Assembly: GCA_963845145.1 (NCBI GenBank) | Contig: CAWJQU010000008.1 | Location: 1-64,000 of the forward strand | Reading direction: 5' to 3' | DNA: 64,000 bases | Origin: an uncultured delta proteobacterium | GTDB taxonomy: Bacteria > Desulfobacterota > Desulfobacteria > Desulfobacterales > QNYZ01 | Part shown: positions 53,558 through 62,451 of the stretch, piece after piece | Position numbering within the stretch: position 1 is the first letter of the stretch | Layout of the letters: every line of letters begins with the position of its first letter | The notes under the pieces: model-generated | The model's input: the letters and a program-made list of their open reading frames with translations, nothing else | Databases searched by the model: none | Told to the model about the DNA's origin: nothing | Made by a program: the position numbers and the translations under genes

Positions 53558-53854
53558 ATGCTCGATCATGTTGAATTCGCCCACGTGCTCTATGGAAGTG
53601 ACATTCAGCCCGAAGAGCAAGCCGGTTTAGAATTGATGGAATCAGCCATCATTAAAACCCTTTTAGACCATTCAATAACACCAAACCTTATCTGGATGCA
53701 GGGCGTTAGCCCTGGCTCACGCTCTCTGCAACTTTTTGCCATCGTAAAAGGGGACGCCCGGCCTCTCGTGGAGATCCTGGCGGATCAAATCGATACCCTT
53801 TTCGAAGAGGAACTGGTCTGCCTGATTAACGAAAATATTTTAAATCACTGGTAA
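53558..53854 (+). CDS. Hypothetical protein, tandem paralogue A
   Basis: 98 aa, AGGAG RBS; collinear with 53969-54265. Confidence 0.75.
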   Translation: MLDHVEFAHVLYGSDIQPEEQAGLELMESAIIKTLLDHSITPNLIWMQGVSPGSRSLQLFAIVKGDARPLVEILADQIDTLFEEELVCLINENILNHW

Positions 53855-53968
53855 ATGTTGATCACACTCAAAAGCCCAACTGCTCAATAGCTTCTCATCT
53901 TAACATACCGTTCTTTTACAATATTAGATTTGATCTCGACCTGGCAACGTTTTGACAGGAGGTGCACC

Positions 53969-54265
53969 ATGTCCGCTCATCACAAAATTACCCAAATTAT
54001 TTACAGCAGAGAAATTCGGCCCGAAGAAGAAACCAGATTAAAGTCGATGGAACATGCTATTATCAAAACCCTTTCGGATCATTCAATTCCACCGCGACCT
54101 ATGTGGACCACAAATAGTAGGTCCGGCCCACGTTCCCTACAGCTCTATGCCTTTATAAAAGGAGCTCCACAGGCCCTCGTTGAGATCCCGGCAGACCAAA
54201 TCGACTCACTTTCAGAAGAGAAATTAATCTCCCAAATCAAGGTATATATTTCAAAAATCTGGTAA
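53969..54265 (+). CDS. Hypothetical protein, tandem paralogue B
   Basis: 98 aa from ATG 53969, AGGAGG RBS; shares PEE, AIIKTL.DHSI, RSLQL and LVEI.ADQID with copy A. Confidence 0.75.
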   Translation: MSAHHKITQIIYSREIRPEEETRLKSMEHAIIKTLSDHSIPPRPMWTTNSRSGPRSLQLYAFIKGAPQALVEIPADQIDSLSEEKLISQIKVYISKIW

Positions 54266-54385
54266 ATACGAATATGGTTTCCACTCGACAATAAATCCCA
54301 AAGGGGACTGAGCAGTGGTGTAAATGAATCACGGAAACAAGAATTCATTGCTTTTGGTGGTATAAGAATAAATAAGCAATCAAGT

Positions 54386-54440
54386 AGCTAAAACTAATTC
54401 GCCGACGCAAAAACCGCGCAGCTGATTAGCCGCGTTAAGT
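54386..54440 (+). mobile_element. Degenerate integron attC-like site
   Basis: CTAATTCGCCGACGC-AAAAACC-GCGCAGCTGATTAG hairpin ending in GTTAAGT (GTTRRRY); upstream frame stops (TAA 54389) at the left edge; left RYYYAAC box decayed. Confidence 0.6.
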
Positions 54441-54460
54441 GTAAAAACTTCAGTTTGAAA

Positions 54461-54795
54461 ATGAAAATAATAAAAGCATCAGATCAGAGATACAAGATAT
54501 AATCAAATTAAGCTCATTTTTCAAAGAATTCATAGTGATACTCCCTCTGACATTTTTAAACCAATTGGTAACGATTCAGAGTTGGAGCGTTTTTTAGAAA
54601 GATCTTGAAACAAGAATCAAATCATTCATACGTAGCATATCAAAATGATATAGTGGTAGGCTACGCGTGGTTGCAGCAATCAGACACTATACCATGGTTA
54701 TTGCTTTCAAAATACGAGTAGACGGCAAATATACTCCATCAAATCGCCGTTCATGAAAAGTATATAAAACAAAATGTTGGGAATAGCATTATTCA
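54461..54795 (+). pseudogene. GNAT acetyltransferase cassette remnant
   Basis: ATG 20 nt after the attC; fragments MKIIKAS..DIFKP..YVAYQNDIVVGYAW..LHQIAVHEKYIKQNVG; AT-rich, broken and truncated. Confidence 0.6.
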
Positions 54796-55257
54796 CTGCC
54801 GAGGTCTTCATGTGAATCAGCAATGCTAACCAATTGATCACTTAGAATAAGATTCGTGGGCATCTCAATAGAGATGCTCATAAATTTCCCAAAAATGGGT
54901 CTATCCAAACACGACAATGCTGGAGTAAACCGTTTTAATCGCATAACAGGTGTGACACAGGTGGGAAGTCTACAAAATAATCTGCTCAATTGTAGCCTTA
55001 ACCCACAAAATAGAATAGATAAATTAGCAAGAAAACAATCATGTTCAATACATCACTATTATGCCTTTAATTGCTTTGGTTAAATAATGACTTTGATTAT
55101 TCAAATAAGAACAGGGAAACCAAAGGCGATATTCTAGCATATGACCTTTGACAATTTAAGTGCCAAAGACAGAGACTCGACCATCCCACCAAATGACTAT
55201 CAGAAACTATATATCATAAATTTTTTAGTTTTTCCTGAAGGAAAAAACACGTGACAG

Positions 55258-55273
55258 TTATCACTCGTGATAA
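55258..55273. promoter_or_regulatory. Perfect 7-bp inverted repeat, candidate operator of the DUF6516/HTH pair
   Basis: TTATCAC-TC-GTGATAA just after a -35-like GTGACA (55251-55256) and just left of the IS end. Confidence 0.5.
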
Positions 55274-55285
55274 TTTATATCAAAT

Positions 55286-57173
55286 GACTAGAGCTCGTAA
55301 AAAGCTAAGGAGCCATTTTCAGCTGATTTGGTAATTTTAGTTGAGCTTTTACTATAATCGCGAAGAACTTCTTCACTCGTTGTTCAATTTGCTCTTTGAC
55401 AAGGCCGAGAAGTGCCAAAAGGGTGTGATGCAAAGCACCTGGTGGTTCGGATGGGCCTTTTTTCTGGTTTCTGAACCTACTTGCCCGTAGAATATTAAGA
55501 CCGATGGCTTTCATCATGACAGCGAAGCGGACCGCTTTCATTCCACGAACGCGAAGATGCTTCACGCCGGTTCTCCGATCAAATTCGGACATTGCCGCTT
55601 CAACGCCGGCCCGAAAACGATACACATCTTTAAAGGCGGCGGTGTTCTCATATTGCCTTCTTTTGGCAAGGCGAACATCTTTATCTTTGTAACGGTAATA
55701 ATAGGCCTTCTTGCCCTTGTTCACCGGGCACTGCTCGAATTGGGGACAATCGTGACAAATGGCTACAGGAAACGAAGCACTATAGGTCTTCTTGTGACGC
55801 CTGACTTTATCCGGTGATATCCCCTGAGGACATGACACGATCCGGCCTTGGTTGTTGATGGTAAAATCGATCAGGCTCATCTTTTTCCGGTTACCCGGCA
55901 TGACCGGTGAAATAACTTCAATGCCATGATCCTTGCGGGCTTTTTCGCAGTTGGTATCACTACCGTATAGAGAATCCGCCAGCATCTCTTCAGGTGCCAT
56001 ATTTTTTGTCTTTAAGTCGTCAAGCGCCGGTAAAAGGGCATTGGCATCATGTTCGGCAGCGGATTCAACCTCAACATGGGTAAACAAAGAAAGCTGTTTG
56101 TCATCACTTTCGGTATAATTTTCCACCACCTGCACCTGGTACCCCTGCCCCTTATGGCTGCTGTAACCGGCATCAGGGTCCGAAGGGTTCTGAAGCGAAT
56201 CCGACCGAATCTCTTTGTTCGGCCTGGCAAACGCCTTCTCTTCAGATGAACCCTCGCTTTTTGAAACCACACATTGTTCATTGAAAAGCCGGGTCAATAG
56301 CTTAAAACTGGTCATATCGTTAACCCGTGAAACAGACCCAAGGCGCCGAACGAGATAGAAAACATCCTGCGCCAATTGATCGAATGTGCGGGCCGACTCC
56401 GTCGGCTTGACCATGGCAAAAACGGCGGCTTCTTTCTTGATCAGATAACGACCGGTCAGGGCACTGTCGAGTCGGTCAAAAAGGCCCCTGTGATGCCGCT
56501 TCAGGTTGCGCAAAAACTTTTGGATGGTTTTGACAAACAGCCCGATTGGCCCAAGGTGGCGCATGTTGGATTGAATATGAACCGAATCGATCCGCTGCTT
56601 CTCCAACTGTACCTTAAAAAGAATTTCCAGCGTTTGGAAGGTTGTATCGAAAATCTCGTGATAGGACTTTTTCGTGGATAAGATGTCTCGCATACTCCAA
56701 AGGGTTTTTGAGCTGACGTATGCGGCTGTATCCGACGGATTGGTAATGTTCAAAGCAAAATGCCACTTGATATTGAAACAAAATTGTTCGACTGCCTGCT
56801 CGTCGGTTAAATCATGCATTTGTTGAAGAATCATCAAGCCAATCATGGAATAGAGCTCTTTGGTTGGACGACCGTTCCAATCATGATAGTATTTGCGTAA
56901 TGACTCGACGGGTAACTTCAGTAGGATTTCTTCTCTGAGAAGTCCCGCCCATGAAACTTGAAGCATTTTTCGCCTTTTGGGACCCAGGTAGTCCCACGGA
57001 TCGAAAATGTCTTGCTGTTTGTGATTTTTTACATGAAACATTGCCGCGCCTCGTATCTTGTTGTAATTACAAGGCTATGCTAACATAATTATGAATAACC
57101 GGCAAGAACTACTTTTGGTTATTTATCATAATTTTAGTTGGTTAGCTTTAACTGCTTTTTGCGATTCCATCAA
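55286..57173 (-). mobile_element. Insertion sequence (IS1182/IS5-like), approximate ends
   Basis: Terminal IR cores TCGTAAAAAGC (55295-55305) and GCTTTTTGCGA (57154-57164) bracket the transposase; no clear target duplication. Confidence 0.75.
55305..57041 (-). CDS. DDE transposase
   Basis: GRPT, RIDSVHI, QNPSDPDAGY, LADSLYG, CP..C..CP..C and YRFRAGVEA; intact 578 aa. Confidence 0.92.
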   Translation of the reverse strand: MFHVKNHKQQDIFDPWDYLGPKRRKMLQVSWAGLLREEILLKLPVESLRKYYHDWNGRPTKELYSMIGLMILQQMHDLTDEQAVEQFCFNIKWHFALNITNPSDTAAYVSSKTLWSMRDILSTKKSYHEIFDTTFQTLEILFKVQLEKQRIDSVHIQSNMRHLGPIGLFVKTIQKFLRNLKRHHRGLFDRLDSALTGRYLIKKEAAVFAMVKPTESARTFDQLAQDVFYLVRRLGSVSRVNDMTSFKLLTRLFNEQCVVSKSEGSSEEKAFARPNKEIRSDSLQNPSDPDAGYSSHKGQGYQVQVVENYTESDDKQLSLFTHVEVESAAEHDANALLPALDDLKTKNMAPEEMLADSLYGSDTNCEKARKDHGIEVISPVMPGNRKKMSLIDFTINNQGRIVSCPQGISPDKVRRHKKTYSASFPVAICHDCPQFEQCPVNKGKKAYYYRYKDKDVRLAKRRQYENTAAFKDVYRFRAGVEAAMSEFDRRTGVKHLRVRGMKAVRFAVMMKAIGLNILRASRFRNQKKGPSEPPGALHHTLLALLGLVKEQIEQRVKKFFAIIVKAQLKLPNQLKMAP

Positions 57174-57191
57174 TAATAAAAGTGGTGCTAT

Positions 57192-57541
57192 TTGGGCGAT
57201 CAAATTTTATTAGACACGCTACTTGATCTTAATGGCGAAACCTTTGCCATGGAAAACGGCTATTGGGTCAAGTTTAATGCTCACCTTTGCCGCAGAGCCG
57301 CCAGATGCCCCATGGTATCCGCTACTCATTGACATTACATGATCGATACAATCAACGGATCATTGGCTTTGACAATGCCCATGCCATCAAGACCCGGTCT
57401 CGTAAACGATATCATGCAAGAAAGATTGCTTGGGATCACCACCATGAATTGAAAAGGGTGGAAAATTATCATTTTCAAACGCCTGGGCAATTGTTGGAAG
57501 ATTTTTGGAAAGCCGTTCATGCGTTTTTAAAATCAAAATAA
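57192..57541 (+). CDS. DUF6516 (TumE-like) putative toxin, one frameshift near 57286
   Basis: LDTLLDLNGETFAMENGYWVKF joined to PHGIRYSLTLHD....IIGFDNAH...WDHHH...LLEDFW. Confidence 0.75.
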
Positions 57542-57554
57542 AACCGAGGTTGTC

Positions 57555-57920
57555 ATGGTAAAACGAAAAATTAAAATAGGTATCATGTCCCGCGAAAATT
57601 ACCAAAAACGAACTATTGCCATCGCCAAAGGTGAACTGAAACCCAATCCTAATGATCCGCAAATTTGGTTTGAATCGTTGGAGTCCATGGCTCAAGTACT
57701 GAGCGGGAAAAACCGGCAATTGTTAGAACAGATCCGACAGCACAAGCCAAAATCCCTCACACAGCTTGAGGCTATTTCCGGCCGAAAAAAAAGTAATCTA
57801 AGCCGCACATTAAAAACCATGTCCAGGTATGGCCTGGTTGAATTGAAACAAGCTAAAGGGATGATTCAGCCGGTGGTAAAGGGTTCAGATTTTCGAGTTG
57901 AATTCAGCATTGGCGCTTAA
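57555..57920 (+). CDS. Winged-HTH regulator / putative antitoxin (COG4190-like)
   Basis: WFESLES.AQVLS.KNRQLL and LEAISGRKKSNLSRTLKTM..YGLV; 13 bp downstream of DUF6516. Confidence 0.8.
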   Translation: MVKRKIKIGIMSRENYQKRTIAIAKGELKPNPNDPQIWFESLESMAQVLSGKNRQLLEQIRQHKPKSLTQLEAISGRKKSNLSRTLKTMSRYGLVELKQAKGMIQPVVKGSDFRVEFSIGA

Positions 57921-58051
57921 AAAACTATGCTCCGGTTGTTTCCATTCCATACTCCTTAATCAACGATTTTTGGTTTTTCATTGGCTGATAATTTTTCTTA
58001 ATCCAATCCGGTCAACATAGTCGAGTTTCAGCATAGCCCTTTCTAACGCCC

Positions 58052-58093
58052 AAAAAGCAGAAAACCTGCCAATGATATCAGCAGGTTATCTGC
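58052..58093 (-). terminator. Intrinsic terminator of tRNA-Leu
   Basis: GCAGATAACCTGC/GCAGGTTTTCTGC stem followed by T5 on the minus strand, just after CCA. Confidence 0.7.
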
Positions 58094-58097
58094 AAAA

Positions 58098-58184
58098 TGG
58101 TGCCGAAGGGGAGACTCGAACTCCCACCGGGAAACCCCGACTAGACCCTGAACCTAGCGCGTCTACCAGTTCCGCCACTTCGGC
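58098..58184 (-). tRNA. tRNA-Leu (anticodon CAG)
   Basis: GCCGAAG acceptor stem, GGTAGAC D-loop, CTAGG-TTCAGGG-TCTAG anticodon arm, long variable arm, GTTCGAGTC T-loop, encoded CCA; 87 nt. Confidence 0.97.
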
Positions 58185-58213
58185 ACGAAATATATTGATT
58201 TCGTGTTGACGAT

Positions 58214-58242
58214 GTCTTAATGATATCTATTTTAGATGTCAA
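58214..58242 (-). promoter_or_regulatory. Sigma-70 promoter of tRNA-Leu
   Basis: TTGACA-N17-TAAGAC, about 30 nt upstream of the tRNA. Confidence 0.55.
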
Positions 58243-58359
58243 GGTAAATTTTGGATAATCTTGCGCCAAAAATACGCTTGTAAAATGATATTCCAAGTTT
58301 TCACTATAAACATTAATTAAATTAACTTAACTATCTGATATTTTATTTATTATTAATTT

Positions 58360-59295
58360 ATGATACGCATCAATTCACTGGATGATCTGTTCAGGCCATA
58401 TAATAACGCCGTCATAACCATCGGCAATTTCGATGGGGTTCATATCGGGCACCAGGCGCTGTTTCATGAGGTTATTGAACAAGCCGATGCCATCGGTGGC
58501 ACTGCTGTCGCAATGACCTTTGAACCCCATCCGAGTCGGGTTCTGAAGCACAACAACCATCCGCCGCTCATCACCTTAATCGAACAAAAAATGGAGTTGA
58601 TCGAAAGAGCCGGAATCGAAGTGCTGATCTGCGTGCCGTTTACCAAAGCCTTTGCCGACATCTCCGCCAAGGCCTTTGTTGAAGACCTGCTGGTTAAACA
58701 GATCGGCATGAAAGCCATTGTGGTCGGCCAGGATTACTCTTTTGGACAAAACCGCGAAGGCGACATCGATTTTCTGAGACGACATGCGCCCGCTTTTGGG
58801 TATGAGGTCATCGTGGCCGACTGGATTCAGGACGCCAAGACCCATGCGTTGCGTGTCAGTAGTACACGGATCCGTGAGCTGGTCATCGCCGGTAAAATGA
58901 AAGAGGCCCGGCAATTATTGGGGCGGTCCTACCAGATTCGCGGAGTCGTCGTTACCGGCCGAAACCGGGGCGGGAAACTCCTTGATTGTCCCACTGCCAA
59001 CATCAACCTTCAGGACGAATTATCCCCCGCTAACGGGGTTTATGTGGTCACCGTTGAATTCAATGATAACCAATACGTGGGGGTTGCCAATATCGGCTAT
59101 AGCCCCACCTTCGACGACCATGTTTTTACTGTTGAAGTTCATATTCTCGATTTTAGTGATGAATTGGTGGGAGAAAAATTACGCGTCAATTTTATCGATC
59201 GTATTCGGGACGAGATGAAATTCTCCGGTCTCGACGAACTATCGGAACAGATTCGAAAGGATATTGAAGTCGCCCGCGACATGCGATTGTTGTAA
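58360..59295 (+). CDS. ribF: Bifunctional riboflavin kinase/FAD synthetase
   Basis: IGNFDGVHIGH, VSSTRIR, PTAN, NIGYSPTF, EVHILDF and IRDEMKF. Confidence 0.96.
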   Translation: MIRINSLDDLFRPYNNAVITIGNFDGVHIGHQALFHEVIEQADAIGGTAVAMTFEPHPSRVLKHNNHPPLITLIEQKMELIERAGIEVLICVPFTKAFADISAKAFVEDLLVKQIGMKAIVVGQDYSFGQNREGDIDFLRRHAPAFGYEVIVADWIQDAKTHALRVSSTRIRELVIAGKMKEARQLLGRSYQIRGVVVTGRNRGGKLLDCPTANINLQDELSPANGVYVVTVEFNDNQYVGVANIGYSPTFDDHVFTVEVHILDFSDELVGEKLRVNFIDRIRDEMKFSGLDELSEQIRKDIEVARDMRLL

Positions 59296-59345
59296 TTTTA
59301 TTTTTTTTAAACCTCAACCTTCGATCACAACGCTATCTATCTAAA

Positions 59346-59867
59346 ATGTCATTGATATCGACAATATACCCCATACTGACTTATCCGGATAAATTTCTTC
59401 AACAGCCGGTGGCCGATGTTAAAGAAATCGATGGAGAGCTCCAGGATATCATCAACCGCATGGCGACCACTATGTACGATGCGCCAGGGGTTGGCCTTGC
59501 CGCGATTCAGGTCGGAATCGATCAAAAGCTGCTTGTTTATGATGTCGCTCCCCGAGATGAAAATCGGGAGCTTCACGCTTTGATCAACCCCACCATTATC
59601 GAATCCGAGGGCACGACGGTATCCCCAGAGGAGGGGTGTCTTTCCGTCCCTGATTTGCGGGCCGATGTCAATCGCGCCGCCCGCATTCATGTAACCGGGT
59701 ACGATCGTGACGGAAAGCCTTTGGATATGGATGTCGAAGGTTTTTTGGCCATCGTGCTCCAACATGAAATCGACCATTTAAACGGCAAATTATTCATTGA
59801 ACGGCTCAGCGCCCTGAAACGAAACCTCTATAAACGCAAAATCCAAAAGCAATTGAAACAGAAATGA
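59346..59867 (+). CDS. def: Peptide deformylase
   Basis: GVGLAAIQVG, EGCLSVP and QHEIDHLNG. Confidence 0.97.
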   Translation: MSLISTIYPILTYPDKFLQQPVADVKEIDGELQDIINRMATTMYDAPGVGLAAIQVGIDQKLLVYDVAPRDENRELHALINPTIIESEGTTVSPEEGCLSVPDLRADVNRAARIHVTGYDRDGKPLDMDVEGFLAIVLQHEIDHLNGKLFIERLSALKRNLYKRKIQKQLKQK

Positions 59868-60826
59868 CCGACAAATCCCTCTCCCTGGTTTATATGGGTA
59901 CGCCCGACTTTGCCGTTTTGCCGCTTTTGGCCATCCACGAAAGCCGCCACCGCATTCTGAGGGTTATCACCCAACCCGATCGTCCCAAGGGGAGGGGCCG
60001 CCGGGTTACAGAACCGCCGGTTAAAAAAGCCGCCCGGCAGCATGGATATGATGTGGTTCAGCCAACCTCGGCCAAAGGCGATGATTTTTTCAAGCTCTGC
60101 TTTGAGCCGAATCCCGACCTACTGGTTGTTGCCGCCTACGGGAATATTCTTCCCCAAGCCATCCTTTCCCAGGCCCCATTGGGTGCCGTCAATATTCACG
60201 CGTCCCTTCTGCCCCGTTATCGGGGTGCCGCCCCGATCCAATGGGCCATCATCAACGGTGAAGACGAAACCGGCATCACCACCATGCAGATGGATGCGGG
60301 CATGGATACCGGTGACATTCTATTGAGCGCCCGAACACCGATCGGACCGGCTGATACTGCCGAGGTATTGCATGACCGCCTGGCAACCATGGGAGCCGAC
60401 CTGGTTGTTGAGACACTGGATCTGTTGGCTGCCGGCAAGCTGCAAGCGATCCCCCAGGATGACAGCCAGGCCACGGTAGCGCCATTATTAAAAAAAGGGG
60501 ATGGCCAAATCGATTGGCATCAATCAGCGATTGCCATTGAGCGTCTAATCCGCGGCGTTACCCCATGGCCCGGTGCTTATATGTTTTTAAATGATCGGCG
60601 TCTTAAAATCTTTCGTGCCCAGGTTGTTGGCTCGAAGGGTACTGTCGATTCAACGGATGATACCCCTCCGGGAACCGTGGTTAAGGGCTTTGCCGACGAA
60701 CTGCGTGTGGCCACCGGCGACGGAATTTTATCGTTGCTGGAACTTCAGGGTGCATCGGGAAAACGTTTGTCGGCCGCAGACTACTTGCGCGGACACGCCC
60801 TTCGTCCCGGCACGGTATTCAAATAA
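59864..60826 (+). CDS. fmt: Methionyl-tRNA formyltransferase
   Basis: MGTPDFA, TQPDRPKGRG and NIHASLLPRYRGAAPIQ. Confidence 0.97.
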   Translation: MTDKSLSLVYMGTPDFAVLPLLAIHESRHRILRVITQPDRPKGRGRRVTEPPVKKAARQHGYDVVQPTSAKGDDFFKLCFEPNPDLLVVAAYGNILPQAILSQAPLGAVNIHASLLPRYRGAAPIQWAIINGEDETGITTMQMDAGMDTGDILLSARTPIGPADTAEVLHDRLATMGADLVVETLDLLAAGKLQAIPQDDSQATVAPLLKKGDGQIDWHQSAIAIERLIRGVTPWPGAYMFLNDRRLKIFRAQVVGSKGTVDSTDDTPPGTVVKGFADELRVATGDGILSLLELQGASGKRLSAADYLRGHALRPGTVFK

Positions 60827-60831
60827 GCGAC

Positions 60832-62241
60832 ATGCCAGATCCCATTCGCCACCAGGCCCTGACCCTATTAAATCAACTTGAAAACAGCCGACACACTTTG
60901 GACGGGTTGCTGGATGCTGCTTTAGAAGCCTCCCCCGTACCCTCACGGCGTGATCGTAACTTTATCTATGCGCTAACCCACGGCACCCTTCGTTGGCAGG
61001 GACGGCTCGATTGGGTCCTTGATCAATTCTCCAAGCGGCCGATCAAAAAAACAGACCCGGTTGTCCGCAATATTCTACGCCTGGGGCTGTTTCAGATTCT
61101 CTTTATGGATCGCGTCCCTGACTCGGCCGCAGTCAACACTTCCGTAGATCTGGCGAAAACAGAGGCCGGTGCCAAGGTAACCGGATTTGTCAACGCCGTC
61201 CTGCGAAACGCGATTCGCGGGCACCAATCGATTGAGCTTCCGGATGCCGCCGTCAATCCCGTTGCGGCCTTAGCCGTTCAAACGTCTTTTTCACCCTGGA
61301 TGATCAAACGCTGGATAGAGCGCATGGGGTACGATGAAACGGCGGATATGGCCAACGCCCTCAACACTATCGCGCCCCTGATACTGCGAACGAATACCTT
61401 GAAAACCAAACGCCGGGCACTGTTGGCCGCCATGGAAGCCGCAGAAGAAAAACCAATACCGACCCCCGGCTCGCCTTTGGGGTTGACCTTCGCCGGCATC
61501 AATCGGGCTGTAATAGATCTTCCCGGCTTTGACACGGGAGCGTTCCAGGTTCAGGATGAAGCCGCCCAACTGGTGACCTACCTCGTAGACGCCCGACCCG
61601 GCGACCGCGTCCTCGATGCCTGCGCAGGCCTGGGCGGAAAAACCGGCCATATCGCCCAACAGATGAAAAATACCGGTCACATCAGAGCCGTGGATATGCA
61701 TCCGGACAAGCTAAAACGCCTTGGCCGGGAAATGCAGCGCCTGGGTATCGTCAATGTCTCGACCCAGGTGGTTGACTTAGACGATGCCGCCGCCACGCGC
61801 CGCCTGGGAACATTTGACCGGGTTCTTTTGGATGCGCCTTGCTCGGGGCTGGGTGTTTTGCGCCGTCATCCGGATGGTAAGTGGCGGCATGGACACCATA
61901 GCCTATTGGAAATGGCCCAACGGCAGAAAAAATTTCTCGACCATCTGGCCCCAGCGGTGAAGCCCGGCGGCGTCCTCCTCTATGTGGTCTGCTCTAATGA
62001 ACCTGAAGAAAATGAGGATGTTATTAATCATTTCTTAAACAATCACACAGATTTTAAAATCTCTCCCGCCCTCCCCTATCTGCCTGACACAGCCCAACAT
62101 CTGGCCACGCCCAAAGGGTATTTTCGCTCCCTGGTCCATCGTCACAACATGGATGGTTTTTTCGCCGTTCGATTTAAAAAACGGCAGGCTGGCCAGAATT
62201 TAAAAAACAGAAGAACAAAACCCGTTCAAACGGTTTCGTAA
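60832..62241 (+). CDS. rsmB: 16S rRNA m5C967 methyltransferase
   Basis: NusB-like N-terminus, QDEAAQ, DACAGLGGKT, DAPCSGLG and DGFF. Confidence 0.95.
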   Translation: MPDPIRHQALTLLNQLENSRHTLDGLLDAALEASPVPSRRDRNFIYALTHGTLRWQGRLDWVLDQFSKRPIKKTDPVVRNILRLGLFQILFMDRVPDSAAVNTSVDLAKTEAGAKVTGFVNAVLRNAIRGHQSIELPDAAVNPVAALAVQTSFSPWMIKRWIERMGYDETADMANALNTIAPLILRTNTLKTKRRALLAAMEAAEEKPIPTPGSPLGLTFAGINRAVIDLPGFDTGAFQVQDEAAQLVTYLVDARPGDRVLDACAGLGGKTGHIAQQMKNTGHIRAVDMHPDKLKRLGREMQRLGIVNVSTQVVDLDDAAATRRLGTFDRVLLDAPCSGLGVLRRHPDGKWRHGHHSLLEMAQRQKKFLDHLAPAVKPGGVLLYVVCSNEPEENEDVINHFLNNHTDFKISPALPYLPDTAQHLATPKGYFRSLVHRHNMDGFFAVRFKKRQAGQNLKNRRTKPVQTVS

Positions 62242-62335
62242 AAAGCCTAAAATCAAGGCGCTCTTTGTTTCGTTTAGTGAGGTGTGCCTTTGTACGCCGC
62301 GGCAAACACGAAATAAAGTGCACCGCAGATAACGT

Positions 62336-62362
62336 GTCCGCCTCGGGTGGATTGTTTTTTTT
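62336..62362 (+). terminator. Intrinsic terminator after rsmB
   Basis: GTCCGCC-TCG-GGTGGAT followed by a T8 tract. Confidence 0.6.
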
Positions 62363-62377
62363 ACGGAACCGTCAGTG

Positions 62378-62406
62378 TTGACACGCCAAATCGGCTTCCC
62401 TATAAC
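62378..62406 (+). promoter_or_regulatory. Sigma-70 promoter of the patB-like gene
   Basis: TTGACA-N17-TATAAC. Confidence 0.7.
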
Positions 62407-62451
62407 CGGACCACGCAAGGTAACCTGCAATCAACAATACTGAATAATGAC

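Noticed and set aside
53942..53956. TGGCAACGTTTTGAC as a sigma-54 promoter
   Set aside because: Fails GG-N10-GC and abuts the RBS
57985..58050. Minus-strand ALERAMLKLDY peptide as an integrase C-terminal remnant
   Set aside because: Too short, with no catalytic residues
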